From Candidatus Aenigmatarchaeota archaeon (GTDB lineage: Archaea; Aenigmatarchaeota; Aenigmatarchaeia; CG10238-14): DNA of 51,644 nucleotides. Below the pieces are notes generated by a model, which saw only the letters and a list, made by a program, of their open reading frames with translations, had not been told where the DNA came from and did not search any database. The number at the start of each line of letters is the position of its first letter. Within the stretch, counting starts at the first letter, position 1. Position numbers and translations under genes: made by a program. This document shows positions 11,075-21,300 of this stretch, piece after piece. Where the stretch lies: NCBI GenBank assembly GCA_018920345.1, contig JAHLMN010000011.1:1-51644 (forward strand), in the 5' to 3' direction.

Positions 11075-11109
11075 AAATTATTTCTTTTTGATTTCATTAA
11101 ATTTAATTA

Positions 11110-12153
11110 ATGAAAATTTTAATAACACATGAATTATTTCCACCTGATGTTGTTGGTGGAGGTGAGACGTTAACATATAAAATAGCTAAAGAGCTCATTG
11201 AAAGAGGTTTTCAGGTAAAAGTACTAACAAGCGGTGATCCAAAAATAAAATATTATGAAAATATTGAAACAATTAGAATACCAATAAACAGATATTTGAT
11301 GAATTTAAGTTATCCTATAATAAAGAAGTATGCAAAAGTATCTGATTTGATTCAAACAAGCAGCGGAAATATGTGCTTTCCTTCTTTTCTAGCGGCTAGA
11401 TCAACTAAAAAACCTATTTGTTGTTACATTCATCATATATTTGGCTATAATTGGGTTTATGTGAGAGGGCCTATCTTAGGTAAAGTTTTTCAAATAGCTG
11501 AAAATTTTTTTTTGACAAGAGATTATGATGCTGTTATTTTTCAAAATGATCTTTCTTTGAATATTGGAAAAAGTCTGGGAATAAAAAGCAAAACATTTAT
11601 TGTTCATCCTGGAATAGATGCAGAAAATTATTATTTAAACATAGAGAGGAAAAATCAAGTTTTGTTTGTTGGGAGTTTATCAATGGATAAAGGTTTAGTT
11701 AAAATTAAAGGTTTAGATGTTTTTTTAGAAGCAGCTAAAATGCTTCCTAATGTAAAATTCTTGATAGCTGGTGGTAGTGATTATTTAGAAAAAATAAAGC
11801 TTCCAAAAAATGTGGTTTTTTTAAAAGCAAAAAATAAGCAAGAACTAATTAAACTTTATAACGAATCTTTAATATGTTGTAAAACTTCTCTTGCTGAAGG
11901 TTTTGGATTATCTTTGTTAGAGGCTATGGCTGGTGGTTGCGCTATTGTATCTACAATAGATATAGGTCAAAAAGGTATATTAGTTAAACCTAGAGATGTT
12001 TTGGCTTTAACAAAAGCTATAAAATATTATATAGAAAACCCAGAAAAAGCTAGAAAGGATGGTGAAGAAAATAGAAAAATAGCTAAAAAATTTACCTGGA
12101 AGAAATATATAGATGATTTAATAAAGATTTATGAGTATATAACTTCAAAGTAA
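11110..12153 (+). CDS. GT4 glycosyltransferase
   Basis: FPPDVVGGGE, EGFGLSLLEAMAGG. Confidence 0.9.
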   Translation: MKILITHELFPPDVVGGGETLTYKIAKELIERGFQVKVLTSGDPKIKYYENIETIRIPINRYLMNLSYPIIKKYAKVSDLIQTSSGNMCFPSFLAARSTKKPICCYIHHIFGYNWVYVRGPILGKVFQIAENFFLTRDYDAVIFQNDLSLNIGKSLGIKSKTFIVHPGIDAENYYLNIERKNQVLFVGSLSMDKGLVKIKGLDVFLEAAKMLPNVKFLIAGGSDYLEKIKLPKNVVFLKAKNKQELIKLYNESLICCKTSLAEGFGLSLLEAMAGGCAIVSTIDIGQKGILVKPRDVLALTKAIKYYIENPEKARKDGEENRKIAKKFTWKKYIDDLIKIYEYITSK

Positions 12154-12161
12154 ATGATATT

Positions 12162-14348
12162 ATGAAGCCAAAAATAAGTTTAAACAGCATCATAGTATTT
12201 TTACTTTTAATAGCAATAATGGGAATAGTTGCTTTTAGTCGTTTGCCTGGGAGAACAGATATAATTGCTGATTATGATCCTTGGTATTTTTATAGAATAA
12301 GTGAAGTACTTTACAAAAACAATTTCAAAATGCCCGAATGGGATTTATTGTCATTCTTCCCACCTGGTAGACCTTTCCCTAAAACATTAGGTTATGAATA
12401 TCTTGTTGTTTTGCTCTATAAGATAGAGAGTTTATTCATAAAAATAGATTTTATGAAAGCTGCAACTTATGTTCCTATAATAATGTCTGTATTAGCAGTC
12501 ATACCTGCTTACTTGCTTGGTAAAGAATTATCAAACGAATGGGGTGGACTAGCAACTGCATTATTCATTACAATGTCGCCTACATTCATAATGGTTTCTA
12601 TGGGAAGTTACATGGATAGTGATACTGTTGTTGTGTTTTATTCGCTCTTATCAATTTATACAATTTTTTTGGCAATGAGAAAAAGGTCGATACCTTATAT
12701 ATTACTGGCTTTGCTGGCTAATATGGCCTTTATATTTAGTTGGTGGTTTGGCTGGTATATAACAACATTTTTCCTAGCTTATATACCTGCCTTCTTTTTG
12801 TTCAGATTTTTTGAAGGTTTTATAAGAAAAGGTAGATTACCTTCAATAAAGAGTGTGTTTAATGAATTAAAACCTATGCTTATTCCACTATTGTCAATAA
12901 TAGTTTTACTAAATGTTATTATGAATGCTTTAGGTTTTAGCAATTTTATTGGTTTTTTATTGGTAGCATCAGGGTTTAGATCTGGTGCTGAAAGTATGAT
13001 TGTAAATGTTTCTGTAGCCGAGTTACAACCTATAAACATATTTACAAAGGAAGGGTTTCAAGCGGTAGCTGAAAGAGTTGGTCAATTTCCAATAATTTTA
13101 ACTTTGTTTGGTTTACCAGCTATAGTAATTTATAAATTATTAATAAAGGAGTCTATATCATTTGAAGAAATTTTCTTATTTATGTGGGCTTTGTTCACAT
13201 TTTATACAATATTAAGTGGTGTTAGATTTTCTCTTTTATTTGCATTAGCTGTTGCGACATCTTCTGGATATGTTATAGGAAATTTAATAAAATATTTTGA
13301 AAGATCTAATCCTTTTCCAAAAGCAACCTTATATGGATTAATATTTTTCCTTTCATTTTTATTTGCTTCACAAACTTTATCTTTAGCATTAAATATCGGT
13401 GGAATGGGAGTTGGGAGTAACTGGGAGAATATGCTAAATTGGTTAAAACAAAATGCTGATAAAAATGCTATAGTTGCAACATGGTGGGATCCTGGACATA
13501 TAATTGCTGGTTATACTGGCTTAAGAGTTCATGCAGATGGTGCTCATTGTAGCCCAACAGAATGTATCCCTTATAATCATAATATAAGAATACAAGATAT
13601 GGGTAGAGTTTTTTCAACAAATAATGAAACTGAAGCTGTAGAGATATTAAAGAAGTATATGCAGCTTACACCAGAACAGTGTAAAGAAGCTAAGGACTAT
13701 TACTTGAAACAAAACATAAAAATACCAGATCAAGCTTGTGAAAGAGCAAGTGAAATGTATTTTATTTCAAGTGCTGATTTGATTGGAAAATTCACTTGGC
13801 TTAATTATTTTGGCGGGTATAGAGCTCCAATTAAATCTTATTATGATTTTCAAAAAACACCTGGTGTATGTTGTGCTTCAACTCCTAAAACAGAACCAGG
13901 TCAAATGTCTTGTGGTGAGTTTGCTTCACAAGGAAAAGGAGTTTGGGTTTGGTGTCCTTGGATATTTCAATTATCTGATATACAAAAAGATAAAGATGGA
14001 AATAATGTGTTTATTTATGATTATTCTGGATTAAAACTTACTATAATACAGAAACAAAATGCACTAATACCTTTGTATAACAACAAGTATTTGGTAACAA
14101 AAATGATATTTTATGGCCAAGATGGCAATCCTCAAGTAATTGACTTAAGCTCTGTAAACACAACTTTAGAAAAAATAGAAGGAACTATGTGGGTTCAACC
14201 TGATTTTAGAGTTATCATATACCTGCCTGAGCAAATATCAAACAGCATTTTTGTAAGAACATTCTTCTTTAATGGTGAAGGTTTGCAGCACTTCAAACTA
14301 GTTTATTCTAATCCTGAAATAAAAGTATACAAGGTTATTTTTGATTGA
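12162..14348 (+). CDS. aglB: Oligosaccharyltransferase AglB (STT3)
   Basis: DYDPWY, DSD, SVAEL, TWWDPGH (WWDxG), DLIGK; polytopic N-terminal half. Confidence 0.93.
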   Translation: MKPKISLNSIIVFLLLIAIMGIVAFSRLPGRTDIIADYDPWYFYRISEVLYKNNFKMPEWDLLSFFPPGRPFPKTLGYEYLVVLLYKIESLFIKIDFMKAATYVPIIMSVLAVIPAYLLGKELSNEWGGLATALFITMSPTFIMVSMGSYMDSDTVVVFYSLLSIYTIFLAMRKRSIPYILLALLANMAFIFSWWFGWYITTFFLAYIPAFFLFRFFEGFIRKGRLPSIKSVFNELKPMLIPLLSIIVLLNVIMNALGFSNFIGFLLVASGFRSGAESMIVNVSVAELQPINIFTKEGFQAVAERVGQFPIILTLFGLPAIVIYKLLIKESISFEEIFLFMWALFTFYTILSGVRFSLLFALAVATSSGYVIGNLIKYFERSNPFPKATLYGLIFFLSFLFASQTLSLALNIGGMGVGSNWENMLNWLKQNADKNAIVATWWDPGHIIAGYTGLRVHADGAHCSPTECIPYNHNIRIQDMGRVFSTNNETEAVEILKKYMQLTPEQCKEAKDYYLKQNIKIPDQACERASEMYFISSADLIGKFTWLNYFGGYRAPIKSYYDFQKTPGVCCASTPKTEPGQMSCGEFASQGKGVWVWCPWIFQLSDIQKDKDGNNVFIYDYSGLKLTIIQKQNALIPLYNNKYLVTKMIFYGQDGNPQVIDLSSVNTTLEKIEGTMWVQPDFRVIIYLPEQISNSIFVRTFFFNGEGLQHFKLVYSNPEIKVYKVIFD

Positions 14349-15786
14349 ATTTTAGTTTTTTTGCAAAATATTTTATAATTTCATAATCTTCTTTCGAAAA
14401 GAAATTTAGCAAAAATAAAATTATAAAATAAACAATAAAATTTAAAGATGTATAAAATATGACAGAAAATATTGTGTTAGGTTTAGCTAAATATAAAATA
14501 ATAAAAGATGTCGAAGCGACAAAAATTGACAAAACTTTTTTGATATTTATTCCAAAATCAACAAATTTTCTTACCTGATAAAGCGATAAAATAAAATAAA
14601 TTATGTTTGTTATCAAATAGCCAACAGACATTCCAAATTCAGAATAAAAATAAGTTAGAGGTATTGTCAATAAAATGAAAATTAAAGCTGTAAATAAAAG
14701 TATTTTTATATATATTTTCGGTTTTCTTATTGCAAATAAAGTATTAACAAAAATATTAGAAATGCTTAAGAAAAATGTTGCTAAAGTCAAAATTGGAACT
14801 AACCTGGCAGAATCTAGAAACTTGTAAGATGAGAATGATAGAACTATGAAATTTGACAATATTAAGAATGTTATTATTAAAGGAATTCCAAATAAAATAG
14901 AGTATTTTATTGTGTTTTCTACTAAAATTGGTATAATTTTTTTTGATTTAGTTCTAAATGTCTCTGAAATTATAGGATATATAGATATATTTAAAATATA
15001 TGGTATTGCACTTGTAACAGAAGATACCATCATAGCAACACCAAATATGCCTGTATTAACATTGCTTTTTAGTATAGTAACAATAGTGTAATGGAAATTA
15101 GTGAGCATTGAAGCTACTAAAGCGCCTATAAATCCTGTTATGGCATACTTGAAAAGATCTTCATCAAAAAAACTTTTTATCTTTTTTAATCTTTTTTTAG
15201 GAAAGCATAGAATTAAGGTAATTATACTGCTAAAAATAATGCCTATTATTGGTCCAAAATATCTAAAACCTAAAAATAATATTGTTGTTGCTATAATTAA
15301 TTTAGATAAAACAGAAATAGAGCCAACAATAAAGTATTTTTTCATTTCTTGGAAACTATAAGTTATATTATAAAATGTTGTGCTAAATGACCCGACGAAA
15401 ACATAAATTATAATTAAATAGTAAATGTTTTCTGATACTTTAATTAATGACATTATTTGATTTTTTAATATTATTAGTATCGATATTGTTAAAATATTAG
15501 CGAATAATATTATCGACAAACTTAATGTAATCATTTCTTTTATTTTCTCATATTTTTTTCTTGATTTATATTCAGGTATAAGTTTAGATAAGGCAGAAGG
15601 TAAACCTAGAGTTATCACTGATATTATAAAAAATCCTAAACTTGTTGCTGTTAAAGCTATACCATAATCTTGCTGGTTTAAAAATTTACCTGCTATAAGC
15701 CAGAATAAAAAGCCACCCAGAGTAGTAATTATCCATGAAAGAGATATGAAAAATGTGTTTTCTAAAGCTTTTTTTACTGAGTTCAT
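14335..15786 (-). CDS. Oligosaccharide flippase (Wzx/RfbX, MOP family)
   Basis: Many TM helices, L..DYG..., LGLPSALSKLIPEY; ATG at 15786 avoids overlap with the divergent gene. Confidence 0.85.
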   Translation of the reverse strand: MNSVKKALENTFFISLSWIITTLGGFLFWLIAGKFLNQQDYGIALTATSLGFFIISVITLGLPSALSKLIPEYKSRKKYEKIKEMITLSLSIILFANILTISILIILKNQIMSLIKVSENIYYLIIIYVFVGSFSTTFYNITYSFQEMKKYFIVGSISVLSKLIIATTILFLGFRYFGPIIGIIFSSIITLILCFPKKRLKKIKSFFDEDLFKYAITGFIGALVASMLTNFHYTIVTILKSNVNTGIFGVAMMVSSVTSAIPYILNISIYPIISETFRTKSKKIIPILVENTIKYSILFGIPLIITFLILSNFIVLSFSSYKFLDSARLVPILTLATFFLSISNIFVNTLFAIRKPKIYIKILLFTALIFILLTIPLTYFYSEFGMSVGYLITNIIYFILSLYQVRKFVDFGINIKKVLSIFVASTSFIILYLAKPNTIFSVIFYTSLNFIVYFIILFLLNFFSKEDYEIIKYFAKKLKFNQK

Positions 15787-15830
15787 TTTTTCACACAAAT
15801 TATATATTCTTAGTAAAGATTTAATATAAT

Positions 15831-16664
15831 ATGAATGATTTTTATGATTTAACAATTTCAATAGTAACTTATTATGACAAAAATTATGGCAATATTGATG
15901 ACTTGGTTAAATGTTTAAAAAGTATTTTGAAAACTAAATTAAAAATTAAAGTAATAATTGTTGATAATTCAAGTAAAAGTTTGGATTTAGATATATTCAA
16001 AGATGAAAGAATAGAATATATATTTAATGGAAAAAATTTAGGCTTTGGTAAATCTCATAACATTGCAATAAAAAAAGTATTAAATAAATCAAAATATCAT
16101 TTGATTTTAAATCCTGATATTTTTTTTGAAGAAGATGTTTTATTTGAATTGAAAAATTATATGGATTTCAATAAAAATATTGCTGCAATAACTCCAAAAA
16201 TTTTATATCCAAATGGGAAAATTCAATATTTATGTAAACTTTTACCAACACCTTTTGATTTGATATTTAGAAGATTTATACCATTTAAAAAATATTTAGA
16301 AAAAAGAAATTTTGTTTACGAATTAAGATTTACCAAATATAATAAAGAAATGAAAGTTCCAGTTATATCAGGATGTTTCATTTTTTTGAGAACAGATATT
16401 TTGAAAAAAATAAATGGCTTTGATGAAAGATTTTTTTTATATTTAGAAGATGTTGACTTGTGTAGAAGAATTTTGAAATTTGGAGATATAGTTTTTTATC
16501 CAAAATTAAAAATATTTCATAAATTTGAAAGAGGTTCTTATAAAAAATTAAGATTTTTAATTATACATATGATTTCTGCGATAAAATATTTCAATAAATG
16601 GGGATGGATTTTAGACAAAGAAAGGGAAAAAATAAACAAAAAATTTCTAAAAGAGCTTTTATGA
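15831..16664 (+). CDS. GT2 glycosyltransferase (WbbL/rhamnosyltransferase-like)
   Basis: VDNSS, NLGFGKSHN, LNPD, SGCF, GFDERFFLYLEDVDLC. Confidence 0.9.
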   Translation: MNDFYDLTISIVTYYDKNYGNIDDLVKCLKSILKTKLKIKVIIVDNSSKSLDLDIFKDERIEYIFNGKNLGFGKSHNIAIKKVLNKSKYHLILNPDIFFEEDVLFELKNYMDFNKNIAAITPKILYPNGKIQYLCKLLPTPFDLIFRRFIPFKKYLEKRNFVYELRFTKYNKEMKVPVISGCFIFLRTDILKKINGFDERFFLYLEDVDLCRRILKFGDIVFYPKLKIFHKFERGSYKKLRFLIIHMISAIKYFNKWGWILDKEREKINKKFLKELL

Positions 16665-17627
16665 TTTATACCATCTATTTTTTAAAAACATGTAAATTCC
16701 TTTTGGCAAACCAACGGACCATGCAAATGTTCTTATTATATATATTGTTGTTAAAGGAAAATAATCAGAAGGTTTTTTGGCAACGAGTAAAACCTGAAAC
16801 ATTATATAAAAGAAGAAGATAAAAACTAAAATGGCGTAAATGGTAATGAAAAAATCAAAAAACAAAGATAAAAGTGCGGAAATTAAAACCATATAAAAAA
16901 TTATTAGGGATAATGCCATGTTTGTTGTAGATATATGATCTCCTTTTATTTTGTCAAAATTTTTCCAATATATTAAAGGTATCATCATGGCATTTTTCAT
17001 TTGTTGTTTAAAAAATGATTTCGGATCTGGACGATGATAATGATAGACTATTGCTTCTGGAATATATTTCATCTTTCCTAATTTTGTTAATCTATATCCA
17101 AAATCTGTTTCCCAAGACCAAACAAATCTTTCGTCAAATCTAACCTTTCTAGCTATTTTTGTTCTAACACATAGATTCATATCAGGTGCTCTGCTTATAT
17201 ATTTTGGAAATTTTTTAAATCTACTTTCAAGCTCTAATCCAATTAATTCTTGAAATTTGTTAAGTCCTTTTGGAGTAGCACAATATCCTGCAGTTGCTAC
17301 TATTTCTTCTGAATCAAAACCTTTCAACAAATTTTTTAGCCAATTTTTGTCAACAACACAATCAGCATTTGTATATGCTATAAATTCTGTTTTTGCTATA
17401 TCAAGTATATAGTTATGTAACTTCGGTACTGGTCCTGCCATTCTTAAAAGATTTATTTTTTTACCATATTTTTTAAGAATATCGTATGTTTTATCAGTGG
17501 ACATGTTGTCTATTATGTAAATTTTTTTGTTTTTGTATGTCTGTTTAAGCAAAGAATCTACACAAGCTTTTATTGTATTTTCAGCATTTTTTACAGGAAC
17601 AAAAATTGTTACAGGAACTTCTTTCAT
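16659..17627 (-). CDS. GT2 glycosyltransferase with C-terminal TM helices
   Basis: VPVKNAE, DNMSTDKT, TNADC, VYHYHR. Confidence 0.88.
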   Translation of the reverse strand: MKEVPVTIFVPVKNAENTIKACVDSLLKQTYKNKKIYIIDNMSTDKTYDILKKYGKKINLLRMAGPVPKLHNYILDIAKTEFIAYTNADCVVDKNWLKNLLKGFDSEEIVATAGYCATPKGLNKFQELIGLELESRFKKFPKYISRAPDMNLCVRTKIARKVRFDERFVWSWETDFGYRLTKLGKMKYIPEAIVYHYHRPDPKSFFKQQMKNAMMIPLIYWKNFDKIKGDHISTTNMALSLIIFYMVLISALLSLFFDFFITIYAILVFIFFFYIMFQVLLVAKKPSDYFPLTTIYIIRTFAWSVGLPKGIYMFLKNRWYKS

Positions 17628-17632
17628 TGATT

Positions 17633-18109
17633 TTATTTATTGATTTTATGAATATATTCTTTTATCTCTTTTACAAGATTTTCTCTTGTGCTTTTGTAAC
17701 TAAATTTACTCTTTTTGTTTATGGCATCTTGTAGTTTGTCTATGTCAAACACTGCAATTATTTTTCCATCTTTAGATAATTCCTTAACTAACTCTACTTG
17801 ATGATCGTCTACGTGTTCATTAAAAATTTTCATTCTTGGCACAGCAATAACAGTCTTTTTATACATTAAAGCTGTTAGAATACTACCAACACCACCATGA
17901 GTTATTACTATTCTTGATTTGCTAGTAAGTTCCTTAATCTTTTCATAAGATTCGAATCTGAACCATTTCGCATGTTTTGGTTCGTAAGTTGAATGGCCTA
18001 TCTGAATAACAACTTCTTCCTTTATCTTTCCATCTCTTATTAATTCGTCTATTTTCTTTATCAACCTATTAAAGCTGAATTGGTTTGTGCCAACTGTAAC
18101 AAATATCAA
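17633..18109 (-). CDS. Alg13/CpsG-like glycosyltransferase catalytic subunit
   Basis: IFVTVGT, FNRLI, QIG, ITHGGVGS, VPR, EHVDDHQ. Confidence 0.9.
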   Translation of the reverse strand: MIFVTVGTNQFSFNRLIKKIDELIRDGKIKEEVVIQIGHSTYEPKHAKWFRFESYEKIKELTSKSRIVITHGGVGSILTALMYKKTVIAVPRMKIFNEHVDDHQVELVKELSKDGKIIAVFDIDKLQDAINKKSKFSYKSTRENLVKEIKEYIHKINK

Positions 18110-18558
18110 AATACTGCACCTCTATATACAGCTTTTTTTCCATATTTACTTAAAAGCTGTTTCCATTGGACAAAAAACAAATCTGAAAAATAATATGCTA
18201 TTTTTCCTGACATTGATGGCTCGTATATTCTTGTAAATGTTTCAATAAAAATTATTTTAGACCTAAAAAGCAATTTTCCTAATATTATAGATGGTATTGC
18301 AAACCCAGCGCCAGTTGAAATTATTATTTTTGGTTTTTCTTTCATAAGAACTTTAAAAGTATCTGTGATGCATTTGAAAAATTTTATTATATTTCTTTCA
18401 GGATTTATTGAAAAATACACCCTTTCTTTTTTTATTTCATCTATTATACCTTTTTGATAAAATGTAAAGAAAAAATAATCATAATCTTTATAAGCATCTT
18501 TAATTTGCAATGCTTCTATTAGATGTCCACCGGCTGAACAACAAATACATATTTTCAT
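18106..18558 (-). CDS. Alg14/CpsF-like glycosyltransferase subunit
   Basis: SAGGHL, ISTGAG, FIETFTR, SMSGK, FVQW. Confidence 0.9.
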   Translation of the reverse strand: MKICICCSAGGHLIEALQIKDAYKDYDYFFFTFYQKGIIDEIKKERVYFSINPERNIIKFFKCITDTFKVLMKEKPKIIISTGAGFAIPSIILGKLLFRSKIIFIETFTRIYEPSMSGKIAYYFSDLFFVQWKQLLSKYGKKAVYRGAVF

Positions 18559-19274
18559 TTTAATTCCTTTTTTAAAATAATTTTTATTTTATAATAAAAC
18601 CAATAAGCAAATAATGTAACAGCAGTAACCAATGAATAAAATGACTGAATTATCTGAAATCCTATACTTTTTATAATTCTATCTTCTTTTTTGTGTTTAA
18701 CATAAATATATGCATGTGATTTTGCATAATCAAAAGATCTGAAAATTCTTTTTATAGGATCTTTATAATGAATTACCAAAGCTTTGTTAATTTTTTTAAA
18801 TTTAAACCCTTTCTCTTTTAGCGACATAAACCAATCTGTATCTTCTGCTACTTTGAGTTTTTTATTCATTTTAATTTTAAATGCATCTTTTGGAACTAGG
18901 AGGCTAGCAAAACTTATAACTTCAACTCTTGGAGATACTATATCTTGACTTCCTACTATAATTGTTTTTTTATCCTCATACTCATTAATCAAATCTTCAA
19001 GCCATCTTTCATTTGGAACGCAATCGCTTTCAGTAATAGCTATTATTTCTGAACTAGCTTTTTTAGCTAGAAACATTAGTGAATCGGCTATTGTCATAGG
19101 TTTCGTGTGAAAATATTTCATATAAAGTTTTGTTTCTCCTTTAAATATTCTTTCTTCAGATGAATCAGCTATTAAAACTTCAAAATCTTTGAAAGTTTGC
19201 TTTTCCAAAGCTTTTATTAAATCTATTAATCTTTTGTCATTTTTTACTGTAACTATAACTGATACTTTGGGCAT
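18555..19274 (-). CDS. GT2 glycosyltransferase
   Basis: PKVSVIVTVKND, TESDCVP, AEDTDW; ATG at 19274. Confidence 0.8.
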   Translation of the reverse strand: MPKVSVIVTVKNDKRLIDLIKALEKQTFKDFEVLIADSSEERIFKGETKLYMKYFHTKPMTIADSLMFLAKKASSEIIAITESDCVPNERWLEDLINEYEDKKTIIVGSQDIVSPRVEVISFASLLVPKDAFKIKMNKKLKVAEDTDWFMSLKEKGFKFKKINKALVIHYKDPIKRIFRSFDYAKSHAYIYVKHKKEDRIIKSIGFQIIQSFYSLVTAVTLFAYWFYYKIKIILKKELK

Positions 19275-19278
19275 TTGA

Positions 19279-19875
19279 TCAAACCTTTTTTGCAGCAAAA
19301 AACAAAGTTGGTCTTATATTTTTAAACAAAAAACAAATTAATCTGAACAAAACATTTCTTCTCCAACCTATATTCAAATATTTTTTATTTAATATTTTGA
19401 ATCCAGATTTTTTTAATAATATTTCTAACATTTCCATAGAAAATCCATAAAGATGGGGGTCTTTTCTATCATATATAGTCAATTTTTTACCAAAACTCTG
19501 TATTTTTAAAATATAAGACAAACTTGTCATATTTGGAGTTGTTAATATCAATATTCCTCCTTTTTTTAAAACTCTATTACATTCTTTTAAAAACTCAAAA
19601 GGATTAATCAAATGTTCTATTATTTCACCTGCTATTATTGTATCAGCATAATTATTTTTAAAAGGAAATTTCTTGTTTAAATCATGAATTATATCAACAT
19701 TTTCATTTTTTATAAAATCTACTCCTATTATTTTTGAATTTTTTATATTTGCTTTCAAAAAAATATGTAAATCTCCTTCCTGAGAACCTAAATCTAGAAC
19801 TATACCTTTTTTTGTGTATTTAATAATTAAATCTCTTCTTTGAAGTTCTGGATTTAATATATATTTTAAACTCAT
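19279..19875 (-). CDS. Class I SAM methyltransferase
   Basis: VLDLGSQEG, EIIEHL, RVLKKGG, TTPN. Confidence 0.85.
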   Translation of the reverse strand: MSLKYILNPELQRRDLIIKYTKKGIVLDLGSQEGDLHIFLKANIKNSKIIGVDFIKNENVDIIHDLNKKFPFKNNYADTIIAGEIIEHLINPFEFLKECNRVLKKGGILILTTPNMTSLSYILKIQSFGKKLTIYDRKDPHLYGFSMEMLEILLKKSGFKILNKKYLNIGWRRNVLFRLICFLFKNIRPTLFFAAKKV

Positions 19876-19884
19876 TCTTTCAAT

Positions 19885-20898
19885 TTATATTATTAAATAC
19901 AAATAAATAAAAAGTAACGAGCAAAAAATAGCCTCTATTAATATTAAAGCTATAGTTACTTGCTTCTCGCTAAATCTACCTAAATTCATTATTATATGTG
20001 TCCAAGAATAAATTTTCCTACCATAAGGCGGCTCTAATTTTCCATCCTTCTGTAACTTTCCTAAACAAGAAGCCTTCAAGCCTGACCTTAATTTCAAAAA
20101 TGCTTCGATGAAAAAAGGAATTAAAACAATAAAAGCTGCTCTTTCCATATCCCCTAATATTGCCCCTGAGATAACAGCAGCGCCCATTACATATTGTATG
20201 CTATCGCCTGAAAGCATTTTGGCAGGAGGCCAATTATATTTCAAAAATGCTAAAAGTGCTCCTAACATAGAAAAATAAATTGCTGCAGAAACAGTTTTAC
20301 CCATGAATAAAGCAAAAACTCCTAAAGAAAAGAAATAAACAGAACCCATCCCTGCTTCTGAGCCATTAAAGCCGCCTAACATATTTATGACATTAGCTGC
20401 CAACATAACACTTAGAGGAACTACAACTAACGGATAAAGCAAACCTAAATCAACTGAACCTAGAATTGGCAATGTCATAGCTGTATTTCCAGCTCTTACA
20501 ACCATTAATGGTATTGCAGCTAATAATGTCAAAAGAGGTTTTTGCCATTGTTTCAAACCTTTTCTTATTTCACTTTTTCCTTCTATTACCTCTTTAGAAT
20601 TCAAATCATCAAAAAAGCCGACCAAACCTATAAGTAATATAGTTAAAACAGCTGCGAACAAATAAACGAGATTCTGTGTAGTCTCGTTAATAAAAACTTG
20701 ATAAGCTATGAAAAACATTAAACCAAAAAATGCAGAAAACATTACTGGTATTCCACCACTGTTGGCTACTTTAGGCTTGTCTTTTTTATGTAAATCCAAA
20801 GCAATTATATTGTTTCTATAGAATAACTCTATGAATATTTTTGTCAAAAATAAACAAACTATAAAAGAGATTAAAAAACTCCCAATTATTTCAATCAT
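19885..20898 (-). CDS. aglH: UDP-GlcNAc:dolichyl-phosphate GlcNAc-1-P transferase (AglH/Alg7, MraY-like)
   Basis: DLHK..KPKV..SGG, GFFDD, NVINMLGGFNGSEAG, NWPPAKMLSGD. Confidence 0.88.
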   Translation of the reverse strand: MIEIIGSFLISFIVCLFLTKIFIELFYRNNIIALDLHKKDKPKVANSGGIPVMFSAFFGLMFFIAYQVFINETTQNLVYLFAAVLTILLIGLVGFFDDLNSKEVIEGKSEIRKGLKQWQKPLLTLLAAIPLMVVRAGNTAMTLPILGSVDLGLLYPLVVVPLSVMLAANVINMLGGFNGSEAGMGSVYFFSLGVFALFMGKTVSAAIYFSMLGALLAFLKYNWPPAKMLSGDSIQYVMGAAVISGAILGDMERAAFIVLIPFFIEAFLKLRSGLKASCLGKLQKDGKLEPPYGRKIYSWTHIIMNLGRFSEKQVTIALILIEAIFCSLLFIYLYLII

Positions 20899-20937
20899 AA
20901 TCTTATTTTAGTAATAAACACATAAATTTCTGAATTT

Positions 20938-21267
20938 TTACTGCTTTAATTTCATTATAGCTTCTACTATATCTCCTTTAGCCTCTATAATAGCTTTTTT
21001 AATTTTTTCTTCATCTTTTATTCCTGTTTGCTCCATAACAAGTTTTATGTCTTCTTGGGAAACACTTTGTCTTACATTACCTGAAACTTGATATATAACT
21101 TGATCACGCATAGTTGTTTTTACAACTTGTGGATCATCAATTATTATATCGCCGCCTTCTGCCTTTATAATAACTTGACTAGCTTTTATATCCTCCATTT
21201 GCATTCCTAGCTGCCTTAACATTTGCTCTACTTTTTTAGGATCCACACCACCAGGTATCATAAACAC
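20938..21267 (-). CDS. nac: Nascent polypeptide-associated complex protein
   Basis: PKK..QM.RQLG, YQVSG, EDIKLVMEQTG, GDIVEAIM (UBA-like C-terminus). Confidence 0.9.
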   Translation of the reverse strand: MFMIPGGVDPKKVEQMLRQLGMQMEDIKASQVIIKAEGGDIIIDDPQVVKTTMRDQVIYQVSGNVRQSVSQEDIKLVMEQTGIKDEEKIKKAIIEAKGDIVEAIMKLKQ

Positions 21268-21300
21268 AAATTGAAAATCAAAGTTTATAAAACATATGGC

